A stretch of 63,101 nt of DNA, counting the filler, from Choristocarpus tenellus KU-1152 (lineage: Eukaryota; Protista; Phaeophyceae): the NCBI GenBank assembly GCA_964200185.2. It is 14 parts of 14 records of this genome, joined end to end, with 100 filler letters (N's around TTAATTAATTAA, not from the genome) between each part and the next. Parts side by side here need not be neighbours in the genome. Positions count along the whole stretch, not along the records: positions 1 to 3,955 come from CAXNAD020016950.1; positions 4,056 to 7,962 come from CAXNAD020017213.1; positions 8,063 to 15,849 come from CAXNAD020005578.1; 11 more parts are not named here. One strand, 5' to 3'. A program made the translations under genes and the position numbers. Below, piece by piece: positions 1 through 11,300 of this stretch (positions within the stretch are counted from its first letter, which is position 1; every line of letters begins with the position of its first letter). The notes under the pieces were generated by a model. That model ran no database searches. It was not told where the DNA came from and saw nothing but the letters and a program-made list of their open reading frames with translations.

Positions 1-38
1 AAATTGACACGGCTTTACCATCTAAGATACTTTGACTC
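1..38. mobile_element. Terminus of ~260-bp TIR MITE family A (Sola-like non-autonomous element), cut by the window edge
   Basis: Ends ...TCTAAGATACTTTGACTC, matching the terminus of the complete copies at 31942-32203 and 32382-32643. Confidence 0.8.
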
Positions 39-107
39 TGGAGGCGAGAGAGCACGAGACTCGGATACCTCGGGGGATGGTGGCGGTCATAACAGAGGAC
101 TTAGGAA

Positions 108-1075
108 TTGCCCGAGTTTCATCATCTGAAGGACTGTGAGAGCCTGATCGCACGGGGTGAATGCATTTACATATTTACCACATATCCGTATGCAAATGGG
201 CGGCCAAAGTTGGGTTCTCCCTTGCCTCGTTATGGGATCTGTACAAGAGTAAGAAGGTCAAGAAAGTCAAGTGGTAGATTAAGCCAGTCCTCTCAGACCA
301 GCAGAAAATCAACCGGGTGGATTTTATCATCAGTTACACACACAAGAGGAGAAGGAGTGAGGTATTAGTGGACTATCTATATGACTGGGTGCATGTGGAC
401 AATAAGTGGTTTTGCATCCTCCAAGAAGGGCAAGGTGTGTACTTGCACCCCACTGAGAACCCCCCCAACCTCCATGGGTACAGTATAAGCGTTACATTAC
501 GAAGGTGATGTTCCTTGCTGCTGTGGCCTACCCTAGAAAGCTCTCCAACAGGGTGTGGTTCGGTGGGAAAATCGGGATGTGACCAATCATGGACACAAAA
601 GTCTCTCAGTGCTCCAGTAAACAACGCCCCAAGGACGGTATCGAGGTGCTTGTGCCAGTCGTGGTGGACAGGGAGAGGTATACCACACACCAAGGAGGGG
701 ATCATGGAGCCAATCGAGGAGGCAACAGAAGACGACATTGTTATAAAGACCCAGCCAGCCAACTCACCTGACCTCGATGTCAACGACCTGGGATTCTTTG
801 ATTCTATCCTGCAACTTTGAAGGAAGACGTGGTGGTGACCAACACAGAGGAGCTTGTGAAGACCATAATAGAGACAATTGATGTGTACCCCCGGGAGACA
901 CTAGACCGCATTTGGCAGAGCCTCCTCGCAGTCTACAGTAAAGTACTGGGGTCCTAGGGTGACAACGTCTTCAAAATTCCCTATCTTGGCAAGGAAAAGG
1001 CTAAGAAGGAAGGCAAGATCCCCCCGAATGCCCCGCTGGATGCAGCGAAGTGTCATGCTGGAATGGGTTTTTGGC
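108..1075 (+). pseudogene. Degenerate Tc1/mariner (plant/stramenopile DD39D-like) transposase
   Basis: Frameshifted motifs WVHVDNKWF, a KVMFLAAV-like segment at ~503-530, and QPANSPDLDVNDLGFF; stops and an internal deletion; TIRs not found. Confidence 0.85.
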
Positions 1076-1311
1076 GGGCTTCCAGGGCGGAATCATATAT
1101 AGGTGTAGGCTGCCCCATTTTGATTGAGACTTTCGTGGGCAACCTCTTTTGCCTCTGCACAACACACCCATATGAGCATGTGAAAAAAAAACTCTTGCTT
1201 CTTCATTGGGGTCACAAAAGTTATGTTACAATTAATTCCGAACGGAGGAAGTAAGGCAGCAGCAAAGGTACCTCAGGCAAATTAGGACACACACACACTT
1301 ACACTCACACT

Positions 1312-1484
1312 GACCCAAAGCATTTGAGGGGAGTGGGGGGTCTACGGTGTCCATTTGGGACAAAACCAGGAAACGTACACTACAATATCCATCTGACGTA
1401 TGCAACCAAATCACCCAAAAATTGCGACATGGAAAAAATGACCCCCAAATGGACACCCGCCACCCCCCCCAGATACTTTGAGCC
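1312..1484. mobile_element. ~173-bp TIR MITE family B
   Basis: Termini GACCCAAAGCATTTGAGGGG and CCCCAGATACTTTGAGCC; internal GTCCATTTGG / CCAAATGGAC; flanked by ACT/ACT (inside a CACT microsatellite). Confidence 0.85.
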
Positions 1485-2509
1485 ACTCACACTCACACTC
1501 ACTACTATTTCCTGCTGAACTTTGATTTCTGGTTGGTCCCATTTTTTGGGATCTATGTTCTTGCATCCTGTTTTTTTGGGGATATGTGATGAGTGCTGTT
1601 TGGACGAATGGATGACGAAGACGTGACACTGAATTTTACTCTTCTTTTCCCATAGAACCTGTGATACCTGTGATGAGTGTTGTGGACGACATTGATGACG
1701 TTCTGTCCCACCTATTGGGTGCTAGCGAGGAGTAGAGCTAGGGCTTTCTTGGCTGTCTTTCTCCCTTCTTTCGCTTGTTTGTAACAACCGTGAATTATTT
1801 CCCATAGTATTCTTAGGATATTAAACGTGTATGAAAGCACGTATGATATACGAAATCTGCTGTTGAGTATGGAGAAATCCCGTCTATGATACTTTGAACA
1901 CATCCTAATGTGTGGACCCTCCTCCCCCATCTGTGTTTTTGATTTTTTCTCGTCTATTGAAACCAAGTGCAAGCGCAGATAACGTAAGCATGGGAAAACT
2001 CTGCTATTCTTACGTCTGCTAGTATATATACGTAATCATGATAAAACCCTATGCCGCGTATATTCCATAGATATGAAGGGTGATTTGTGTATTTAACATA
2101 TTGGAAATATTACATGTAAACTTGGAAATGCCTTCAGCATTAATTCTCTTATTGTCCTACCCTGCTAGGCACTGAGTCCACCATCAGGTGTTTGTTTTGT
2201 ACATTTGATTTTCAAACAAGAGCAACCGGTGTGGGAACATGTTATTTTTTCGTTTTTTAAGCGTTCTTATTTTTGGATGATGTAATTCTTTGAGGAAGAC
2301 AAAAGGTTGTACCCTGACAATGACAACAAATGCTGTGATAGGAATTCGTAGTTGTCAGGAGTGGAATCTCTCCTTTCAGCTCTTAGGCAGTGAAAATGGA
2401 AGATCTATCAATAGAAGCGAATTTTGCTGGACTTTACACCACATCGCCAGCCCACGGCCTAGTCCTCTATCATTTCTGAAGGCCATGGTTCAACGCCGTT
2501 AAGGTTTCT

Positions 2510-3039
2510 GACCCACAGTATCTTAGAGGAGGGGTCGGGCGTCCATTTGGGACCTGTGTTATCCTGCAATTAATTTCATGTCGTATGAGTGAACGTTTCC
2601 GATTTAACGGCAGCTTCCTTCATCTGAGCTGACCTTCCTTTTCTGTACCCCTGACTGGACCTACTTCGAAGGGAAATTACTCACACAATGAACATTAAAC
2701 TGAGTCAAAGTAAACAAGAGATATTAGAGTCGCTTTATAAGGATGCTGACAAGTATGTCCAAAATTCGTATATTTTTACGAATGTACATAGGAAGTGTTT
2801 CTGAATTGTGTCGATATTTTTTTAACAAGATAGAAATCAACGTTCTCAAGTCAAACGTAGCACTTCATCCATAGAAATATGGTGGATCGCAAAAGACTAA
2901 AAAATCTGGCTTGAAATGAAAAGCGGCCAAAACCTGGGTACCTCTCGATTACTTTGACTCATTGGGATATCTTACAACCCATCAAGCCCCGAATAGATGA
3001 AATGGGCAAAACACTCCCCCCTCTAAGATACTATGGCCC
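2510..3039. mobile_element. ~530-bp TIR element related to families A and B
   Basis: GACCCACAGTATCTTAGAGGAGGGG...GTCCATTTGG at left; CCCCTCTAAGATACTATGGCCC at right; flanks TCT/CCT. Confidence 0.7.
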
Positions 3040-3264
3040 CCTATGCCCTGGCCCAGCCCGAGCAAATCGTATTTTCACCTTTTATCCCAGGCCGGCCCGG
3101 CTGGAGAAAGGTTTACACCTGTTCTGAATTGCTGCCATATTAATTAGTTTTTTATCATTCATGTATGAATATGGAACTGAACTTTTGAACCCGATTTGAA
3201 CTCTGAAACTATATAAGATTTTCTTGGACTGTTGTTTTTAACGAGACGGAACTGAAATGGAATT

Positions 3265-3437
3265 GACTCAAAGGATCTGGTGGGCAGTTTTCCTTTCGGG
3301 GTCCATTTTTCCATGTCACGATTTGGGGCAATTTGGTTGCATGCGTTGGATGGATAATTTAAGTGCAATTCTCCTGGTCAGGGGCCAAATGGACACTCTG
3401 GTGTAGGCCCCTCCCCCCCCAAAAAATGCTTTTGGTC
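3265..3437. mobile_element. MITE family B copy (opposite orientation to 1312-1484)
   Basis: 173 bp, reverse-complement homologue of 1312-1484, flanked by ATT/ATT. Confidence 0.8.
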
Positions 3438-3955
3438 ATTTTTCTTTAATACTGTTATTTTCGCCCCAATCAAACTATGTTTCCACTGTACCGGAGCTCG
3501 AGGGTGGTATCTGTGTGCCATCCTCGATTACCACCTCATAGTCTCCATCATCCACAGATTCTTGTCCTTCAGCCTCCTCTTCCTTTTCATCTCCCCAGTT
3601 TCCCTCCAATCATGCCCTCTACAACGAAACCAAGATATCCTCCTTGATCTTGTCGACTCTGCATAGAGGTGGGCAAGGGAAATGAATACCATTTGTTGTT
3701 CTGAGTCATCTTGCACACCAGTCTCATAATAGACAGTACATCATTATTACAAAATCATGTTTGAGCAGAGAATAATATTGTGTTCCTTGGTCGCTTGATT
3801 GTCATTCATGTCCTTCCTCTATGTATCATTCTGTGCTGGGGATTTTTTTTAAGAAGTGAATCAAAGTGTGTGAGGGGGGGGGGGGGGGGTTTATCCAGGG
3901 GAGTCTTTTGGTGCCTTTCCCAAGAAAAGGGACTTTACATTCTCCTTTAAATACA

Positions 3956-4055
3956 NNNNNNNNNNNNNNNNNNNNNNNNNNNNNNNNNNNNNNNNNNNNT
4001 TAATTAATTAANNNNNNNNNNNNNNNNNNNNNNNNNNNNNNNNNNNNNNNNNNNN
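3956..4055. other. Artificial contig linker N-TTAATTAATTAA-N. Also at ~7963, 15850, 18882, 21799, 26733, 29674, 34105, 37421, 45197, 49283, 54382 and 58642
   Basis: Same ~100-nt spacer carrying a six-frame stop cassette, repeated 13 times. Confidence 0.97.
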
Positions 4056-4099
4056 AAGAAAAAGAAAGGGAGGTGGGGAAAAAGGGGGGAAAAAAAGAG

Positions 4100-4131
<32 letters not shown>

Positions 4132-4367
4132 CATAGATTTTTTTGTTTATTTACATTTGTCGTGTCTCGGTGAGTGAGAGATGAGTCAGTGCTTGGGCAT
4201 ATTTTTATTTTTGCTTCATCCTTCAACAAGACTGAGGGCTGAAAATTCTGGTCTCTCATGTATGTACTGTTGCGAGGGGAAATGAGGTAGTGATTCATGT
4301 ATTTGATCGGGACACAGCGGCTGAGCTACTTTGCTGCTGCCCCTTTGCACCCGGCCTGCTGTCATAG

Positions 4368-6647
4368 GTCTTGCACACACCTGGACACTCTGCTGGTAGT
4401 GTGACCCTCCTGTTCCGTCCACGGTCTAAGTCGGAGGGGGGGACTGGGGGGGAGGGGGTGGCCTTCACAGGGGACCATCTCGCGTACTCTGAGCGCTCGG
4501 GAGGACTCACTGGATTTCCAAGGTACATACATGAATAATAACAATTTAATACTGGGGTGAATATTAATACGAGTATGTATATATATACGACTTTTTTCTT
4601 TGTCTTACTTCCTTTCTGATTTCTCCCAAATGGTTAGGTAAATTTGAATCCTAAGTCACTACTGCTGTACTATTGTAGAGGAAAGGAAAGCATCCTGATC
4701 TGTTCTGGATTAACTCGTGATGGACAGGTACTGGAGTGCTACTTTTGCTAGTGTACTATAGGGATGTACAGTTGCATTCTTTTCTCAATTGAAGGTGTGT
4801 GTGTACTGCTTCGAAGTATGCTTATTGAACCCCCACATATATATTTTTTTAGTTGGAAGCAATGGAGGTGTAGGATGCTGAGGGTTTGGAGTAGGTGTAA
4901 GTTCAAGGGCTTTTGTACAGACACGGTGGTCACGGAGGCCAGAAGGTCTTGTGCTCTGTGGGCCAAGGAGTAGGGGGAGGGGGGAAGGGGGAATTTTTTG
5001 AAGGAGTGCTATACATCCTCGGCGTGATTTTGCTTGCTTAGGCGTATGTTCATTTTTTTTTGTATAGTACGTGTATTTGTACTTTTTTTAACAAAATACA
5101 TACAACCCTTTAAGTCTTGTACATTTGCTTTGAGGCAGTTGTTAGAAGATTTTTTTTTCGTATTTTTGTGATGTGACATGAAACTCATCTTTGCTTGCGG
5201 CCCTACAGGTAACTAGAAGATCCCCCTCCTAACTACGATGGAAGGGTATGTTATCCTTTTCCGTCTCTTCCGTCTTTTCTCAAATTTGCCTATCGGTTAC
5301 CATTCTGCACCCCCTGCGATCCGATCGATGAAACAGATACAACAAAGACAGCATTGAGGGTCAGGCACGGAGCATGGCTGCTCTTGCTCACAAGGATCTG
5401 TCCTTCAGGTGACATATTGTACTGGAATGCATCGATTTTTGTGCAGCAGTAGACCATAAAGCACTACTGTTTTGTATCTTGAGGTCACAAGTCTATCATG
5501 CCAAGGGTGTGTTGCCCCCCTCCCTCTCCCACAGCTGCTTGGCTTTGCTTTATCCTATAACAGCACTGCAGCAACTTGTAAAATCTGTAGCAATGCATGA
5601 GAGTGGATGAATCTATTCTAGTCATTGTGTTGTATCAAAAACCCCCAACAAGATAATCGGCATTAACGACCAAAGTCACAACCCGTTTTTTACTAACATA
5701 CACTTTGCCAGATGATACTGTTCCAACTATGAGGGGTGGTTCCAAAGGTGTCACAACCTGGTGCTTCATAGTATGCACCACACACACAACCACTGTGTGC
5801 ATGTGAATATGTTATTGCAGGACTACGCTACATAACAATGTTCTGTGTTTCCTCTTGTCTGCTAGTGTCGAGACACACTATTCAAGAGTTGGTGTGAGCT
5901 ATTTTGGGAGTATGCCTTTTTGCACGGACAGGTAGTGGAACACTGCTTATTACATGTGTGTGGCACCCTGAGGGCTTGTGGAATTAGATTGTTATTCCTT
6001 GTGGTTGAGGACGTCTTTGCCGATGTCTTGCCAGCGACCCTCCATTTTCGAGTTGGTTTCGTTGGTGTCCAGCCAATAGAAACGTACCAATAGAAGCAAT
6101 GTAATGGCTGTGTTACGGAAAGCTGCAAGTTATAATGACCCGTCCTAGTACCGTTCTCCAGTACTCTTGTGGCGGAATTGTTTCTTCTTAGAGTGTTACA
6201 GGAGGCGTTGTACGTTATTCCGTTGGTTTGACTTTTTCCCTAATACATATGCAAAATTTTAGACAGGGTAGTAATATATATTATTCCGTTAGTTTATATA
6301 TATATAATATGTGGCTGATGTTGCATGTTCACATATTCAATACTTCATACCATTCTCAGTTTCATTCACAGCCATATTGTTCTGATAATCCATTAATTCT
6401 GTATTAACTTCCCTGCACCTTACATTTGCACTACGAACACTTTGTGATCGCTGTAATATAGAGGAACACACAGCAGTTGACGCTCTTGTCTCGCAAATCC
6501 TCAAAGATATTGGCTCTGCACAACCTCCTTCCTGTCAGGTGGATACTTCCTGGCCACGGACGAAAGATGCGTTTCAAAAGCCAGCAAGACCGTATCACCA
6601 GAGTATCTCGTGCTGCTGAGGAACTGGCTGGCATTGCGACCCGTTAA
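4368..6647 (+). CDS. Metallo-beta-lactamase-fold hydrolase, 3' part (exons 4368-4522, 5337-5408, 6539-6647)
   Basis: Phase-compatible GT-AG splicing gives VLHTPGHSAGSVTLL...AFTGDHLAYS...GFPRYNKDSIEGQARSMAALAHKDLSFRWILPGHGRKM...IATR*, containing the MBL motifs HTPGH, FTGD and LPGHG. Confidence 0.88.
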
Positions 6648-7881
6648 CAAAGATATCTCCAGTGTGGAACAGACGTCATCCCATCCTCACATATGTTGAT
6701 GCACTTGACGCTGTGCAAAGTAGGACTTGTGTGAAGTGTCCCTCTTTTGCGTTTATGAGTCTATTTTTGGCTTTAGCACAGAACATGCCACTGCTGAGAT
6801 TATAGATTTGAAGTGCTTGATAATTGATGGTTTTATATTTAGGTTATGTTAGATAGCCATGGTGGTATCTTTTCTGTATGACCAATATGCGAGAGAGTTG
6901 ATAAGTTGTCACCATTTTATGATTATGTTTAGTTAGTTGCGATAGGTAAGTTTATGCGTGGTGGTGATGAGTTAATTACACGGATATATATATATGACAA
7001 TTAAAGACACATAGTGAGAGTATGCTTACAAGGTCCCACTATTCCTTTTCTATTTTCTACAACCATATGACTTCTACACCCTACCATAATAGGCCATGTG
7101 AGGCTCCTATCTCTTTTCTCTCCAGACTTCTATCCTTATCAAGTATTCGATACTTATACCAATGGTGAACTCGGTGTTCATAGCACAGGAGCTGGCGAAC
7201 ATTCGTTGATTGTCGGGAGTATAAAAGTCTGAGAGATCCCTTTCCCCTCTCAACCTCTTCTGCATGCTATGATACGCCGTTTTTTATCTGAAACTGCGCG
7301 ATTGCACCCCTTCTTGTGAATGCTATGATATTTTTGTTACTAACATGCCTGCGGTGGTACTAATACTGTCACTATATGTTCCACTTTTCATGTCCAAGAA
7401 CATCAAATGGATGTGTTACGTCCTTTTTCTAGTTCGTGTCAAAAGCTGTATCTGTATCTCTGTGTTCCGAACAGGCATAAATTCTTTGAATTGTTTATGT
7501 ATGGTCACGTCTATCACTTTTGAAAAATCTTGTCTCACATCGATTTTTGAGAAGATTCGCACTTACATACCGATGTTCAACGACAAATATTGTGCCTGCA
7601 CAAAAAAAAAGTCAAGAGTAGAACGTTGACAAACTTATCCCCCAAGTGTAACTCCCACAGACCATCACACCATTTGCATGAACTGTCTAAAAAGGGGATA
7701 TGCGGAAATGTCTGGCAGACCATCCACAGTTCATAAACTACCATGGTGTTCTTCCGTCTCTTCTGGGGATTTAAGATACCATACAAGCAAATAGTATTTT
7801 ACCACCCAACGTCTCAACCCATGTTTGTGTGAGCGATACCCCCATTGCATGCCAATGACGTACCTGTGCGCCAAAGATGTA

Positions 7882-7912
7882 GACTCAAAGTATCTGGGGG
7901 GGGGGGGGGGGA
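7882..7912. mobile_element. TIR terminus (family B/C type) at contig end
   Basis: GACTCAAAGTATCT followed by a poly-G run and then the gap. Confidence 0.7.
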
Positions 7913-8346
7913 CCAAAAAAAGGGGAACAATTTAACCAAAAAAAAAAAAAAGACAAAACAAANNNNNNNNNNNNNNNNNNNNNNNNNNNNNNNNNNNNNN
8001 NNNNNNTTAATTAATTAANNNNNNNNNNNNNNNNNNNNNNNNNNNNNNNNNNNNNNNNNNNNCTCTCCCCTCCTTTTCATGGATCTACTTGAAACACACT
8101 AGTTTCCCCCCTCCGCTCCTTCCCCCCCCCCCCCATAAATATGCTTGAAACACACTAGTTTCACCCCCCATAAATATGCTTCGCTTCACTCTGCCCTACT
8201 GCCTACGGTCCTCCTGATTATCCACAATACTCCTTGGTATGAGCCACACACAAGTACCCCTCTTGTCTATCCTATCCCCATCCCCATGCCTGGATGTTCC
8301 AGAACCTGATTCAGCCCTGTTGACCCCCTACCCCCAAATGCACAGG

Positions 8347-11300
8347 CGGGCCCTCCTGCTGCCCTTCATGCAGGATGGTGATAATTTCTTCACTCGCCTG
8401 GATCGCATCAATCTTCTACAGCAACTGGAAAAAGAGCAGGCAGAGCAGGCTGCTGCCAATGAAGCAGCGGCAAGGGCGGCTGCAAGGTCTGCTGGTGCAG
8501 AAGCAGGGGCAGGGAGTGGAGAGGGTGGCAATAGGCTTGGGGGTGGGCCTGGGGGAGCTGGTGACAGGAGTGGGGGGGGTGGGGCAGGGGCAGGAACAGG
8601 AGTGAATCTGGCTGCTGATATTGAGTTTAAGGCTATCCCAGTAGATCCAAAGACTGTTGCTGATACCTTGGTGAAGGCAAGTGTTTGAGAGGGATTGGAG
8701 GTGAAGAGGGAGATGGGAATGGGATGATGAACTGTAGTTGAGAGGTGGCTTATGTAAGAGTGCACAGTTCTGATTGGGAAATATCTCTTGAGGTGTGACT
8801 GTTTTGCACTTGTCAGCATCACAGGGGTTGTGTGTGTGTGTGTGTGTCCCCCCATAATAATTGAAATCCTGTCTCTATTCTAGCATTATAATGCCTCTTG
8901 CAAAGGTGAGTGAATCCCTAGTGTGTATTTATCTGTGTATCTATCTGTGTGACCCTCTGTTCTTTCCTGTTTGATGATCGAGTTGCATTCACAAGGGGTA
9001 CTTCTCCTTTTCATGTCCTACAAAACTCCTTGTAAATGCCAAGTAATGTAATATTTGCATGACAAGAATTTTGTTCAGAAACTTTGTGTCACAGGAAGGA
9101 GGGGGGGGGGGGGGCATGTAGGGTCGACCACTGTGCTGAAGTGCACTCTTGCGGATTAACCCCTGATACAGCACTGTCATTATTCTTAGGAAGAAATGTG
9201 TGACAGGTTTGGTGACTTAAGTATTGCTTCCCCCCCTCACTCCTGCCCTTTCCATGAGCAGCTGGGTGTAGTCCGACCAGAGAATCTGGCACCAGGAGCA
9301 GAAAAGGTGGCGCTCACTGGACAAAGGTGTACTGAATGGCCCCCTCTGCAGGTGAATTGCATTTTCCAAGTATTAGGACCCCCTTAGCAGTTACGAAAAA
9401 GGTGCCGAATGTATTCCTCTTGGTGTTTTTGTCACTTTTGGATTCTGATTCATTTTCTGCGGTTAATTCTTGGTATGATGTAAGGCTACGCTTTCCTAGA
9501 CTACGGCGAAATTGGCATGTCCGTCAGTATTTGCTTTAATGTTGGGGCTGGTCTTGTGGTTAGTGTTGAGCAGATAAGTGGATTTATCCTTCTACTACAC
9601 CAATAAAGAATTGATTGCCTGATAGAACACTGATAGTGGTGCCCCTTGTGGGAATTGTGATCTTCATTTTTTTGGGGAGTGGTGGCCCATCTCCTTTGTT
9701 GCATCCTGTATGATACTAGGACTTTGTTTTGTCTAAAATTTTTTAGTCCAATACCAAGAGGCTGTTACCATTGGGAAGCATGTGCTGCAGAAACATCACA
9801 TTCTGTGTGGCACCTGCTCCATTGTTCTGAATTGTAGAAGATAAAAGTTCCCCCTCTAAATTGTCTCCTGTTTATTTTCTGTTGGTACTGAGGTTCGTGA
9901 ACTAGTACTGTGGTTCTGATGCTGGTATGTCAGCATATGTCTATACTACTGTGCTGATGATGGTATAGCAGTATGGACGATGGTATGACAGTGCTGATTC
10001 AGGTTCTTGGTTGCAACTATGCTGGCCCCACATTCTTGAAGATCATGTCCTCCTAGTGACTGTTGCATATACTCGAGGTGCAATAATCTGGTATAGCACG
10101 TGTTTCTTTTTATGATATAAAAATTGAAAGTGGTAAATCTCCCTGCCTAGCAACTCACTCCAGCAGGGCCCTGACTTGACTTGTGTTAGACTAGTGGGAT
10201 TTGTGACAAAAGTTGAGGTATCACTGTACCAGCAGGACGGATAGTCCAACAACTCTGTCCCCGTGGTACAGGTGTATCTCATTATTTGACAAAATCAGAG
10301 GTTGCGGGATGAAACTCTGTGTGGACTGCTAGCATGGGTCCCTCCCTACAGGCGGAGTGTAGAGATAGAGTGAGAGGGGGGGACCAGAGAGTTGAACTCA
10401 TGGGAAAATGCAAAGATTTAGATGAGCCCTCTGGGACTGAGTGCACCACTAGTGATGGCCTATGGAATGTGTTCATTACACCCCAGCCTTTGATTTGATC
10501 AAATATTGAGATACCACTATAACACCAGGGGAGCTAGTTGCATCATGTGACTACCTGCCTCATCCGACTTGCTGCTGTGGTGGTATGGTGGTATGGTGGT
10601 ATCTCAATAATTGACAACTTGTTCGTCCAGACATGATGTTTGGGTGGCTCTTGGTGGTGTTCGTTCAGATTCAAACTATCTTAGGGTTAGGGTAGAGTCG
10701 CGTCCGTTTGGGGGCTAAAATCCAATGTTGCGATTTTGATGTAATTTTGGCTATCGTGTTTGTTAGGAAGTGTCAATATCCTTGTTCCAAACACACCTTT
10801 TCATAATGTATTCATTTTAACTACTCGAACCATTTTCGGAGTAGGAAAATGTCATAAAAAAACCGTGGGAAGCCAAGCCCCAAACAGACAAACAGGGCAA
10901 GACTTATACCCTCCAAGATAATTTCACTCTTCACATCCTATCCCAGGACAAGTCCTTGGGACAACCCCACGTGCATCCACAGTGACAATTGAACCACTTC
11001 TCACTGCTGCACCCTAAGCTTGGTGCTATATGTTTCCCACAACTTGTGGATGATACAGACAGACCCCTGATTGCTACCTGCCACCCACATATTTGCTTAG
11101 TCATACCATTGCACATTCTTCTTTGCATTGAGAACCACAATCTATTAGAAGAAGAATCACATGGACTGCAATTGTTTCCCCAGGTCTGGGTAACCATTGA
11201 TGAGTATTGTCCATTCACAGCACCTTGCCGATACTTCTTGTTAGCCTCTAAAAGGTCATTCCACAAAGGCACATTGGTTGGACCAAAGTAGGATCTTCAC

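Noticed and set aside
3999-4011. Recurring palindromic TTAATTAATTAA motif
   Set aside because: Always embedded in fixed-length N runs; it is an artificial six-frame-stop linker, so gene order across linkers is not evidence of clustering
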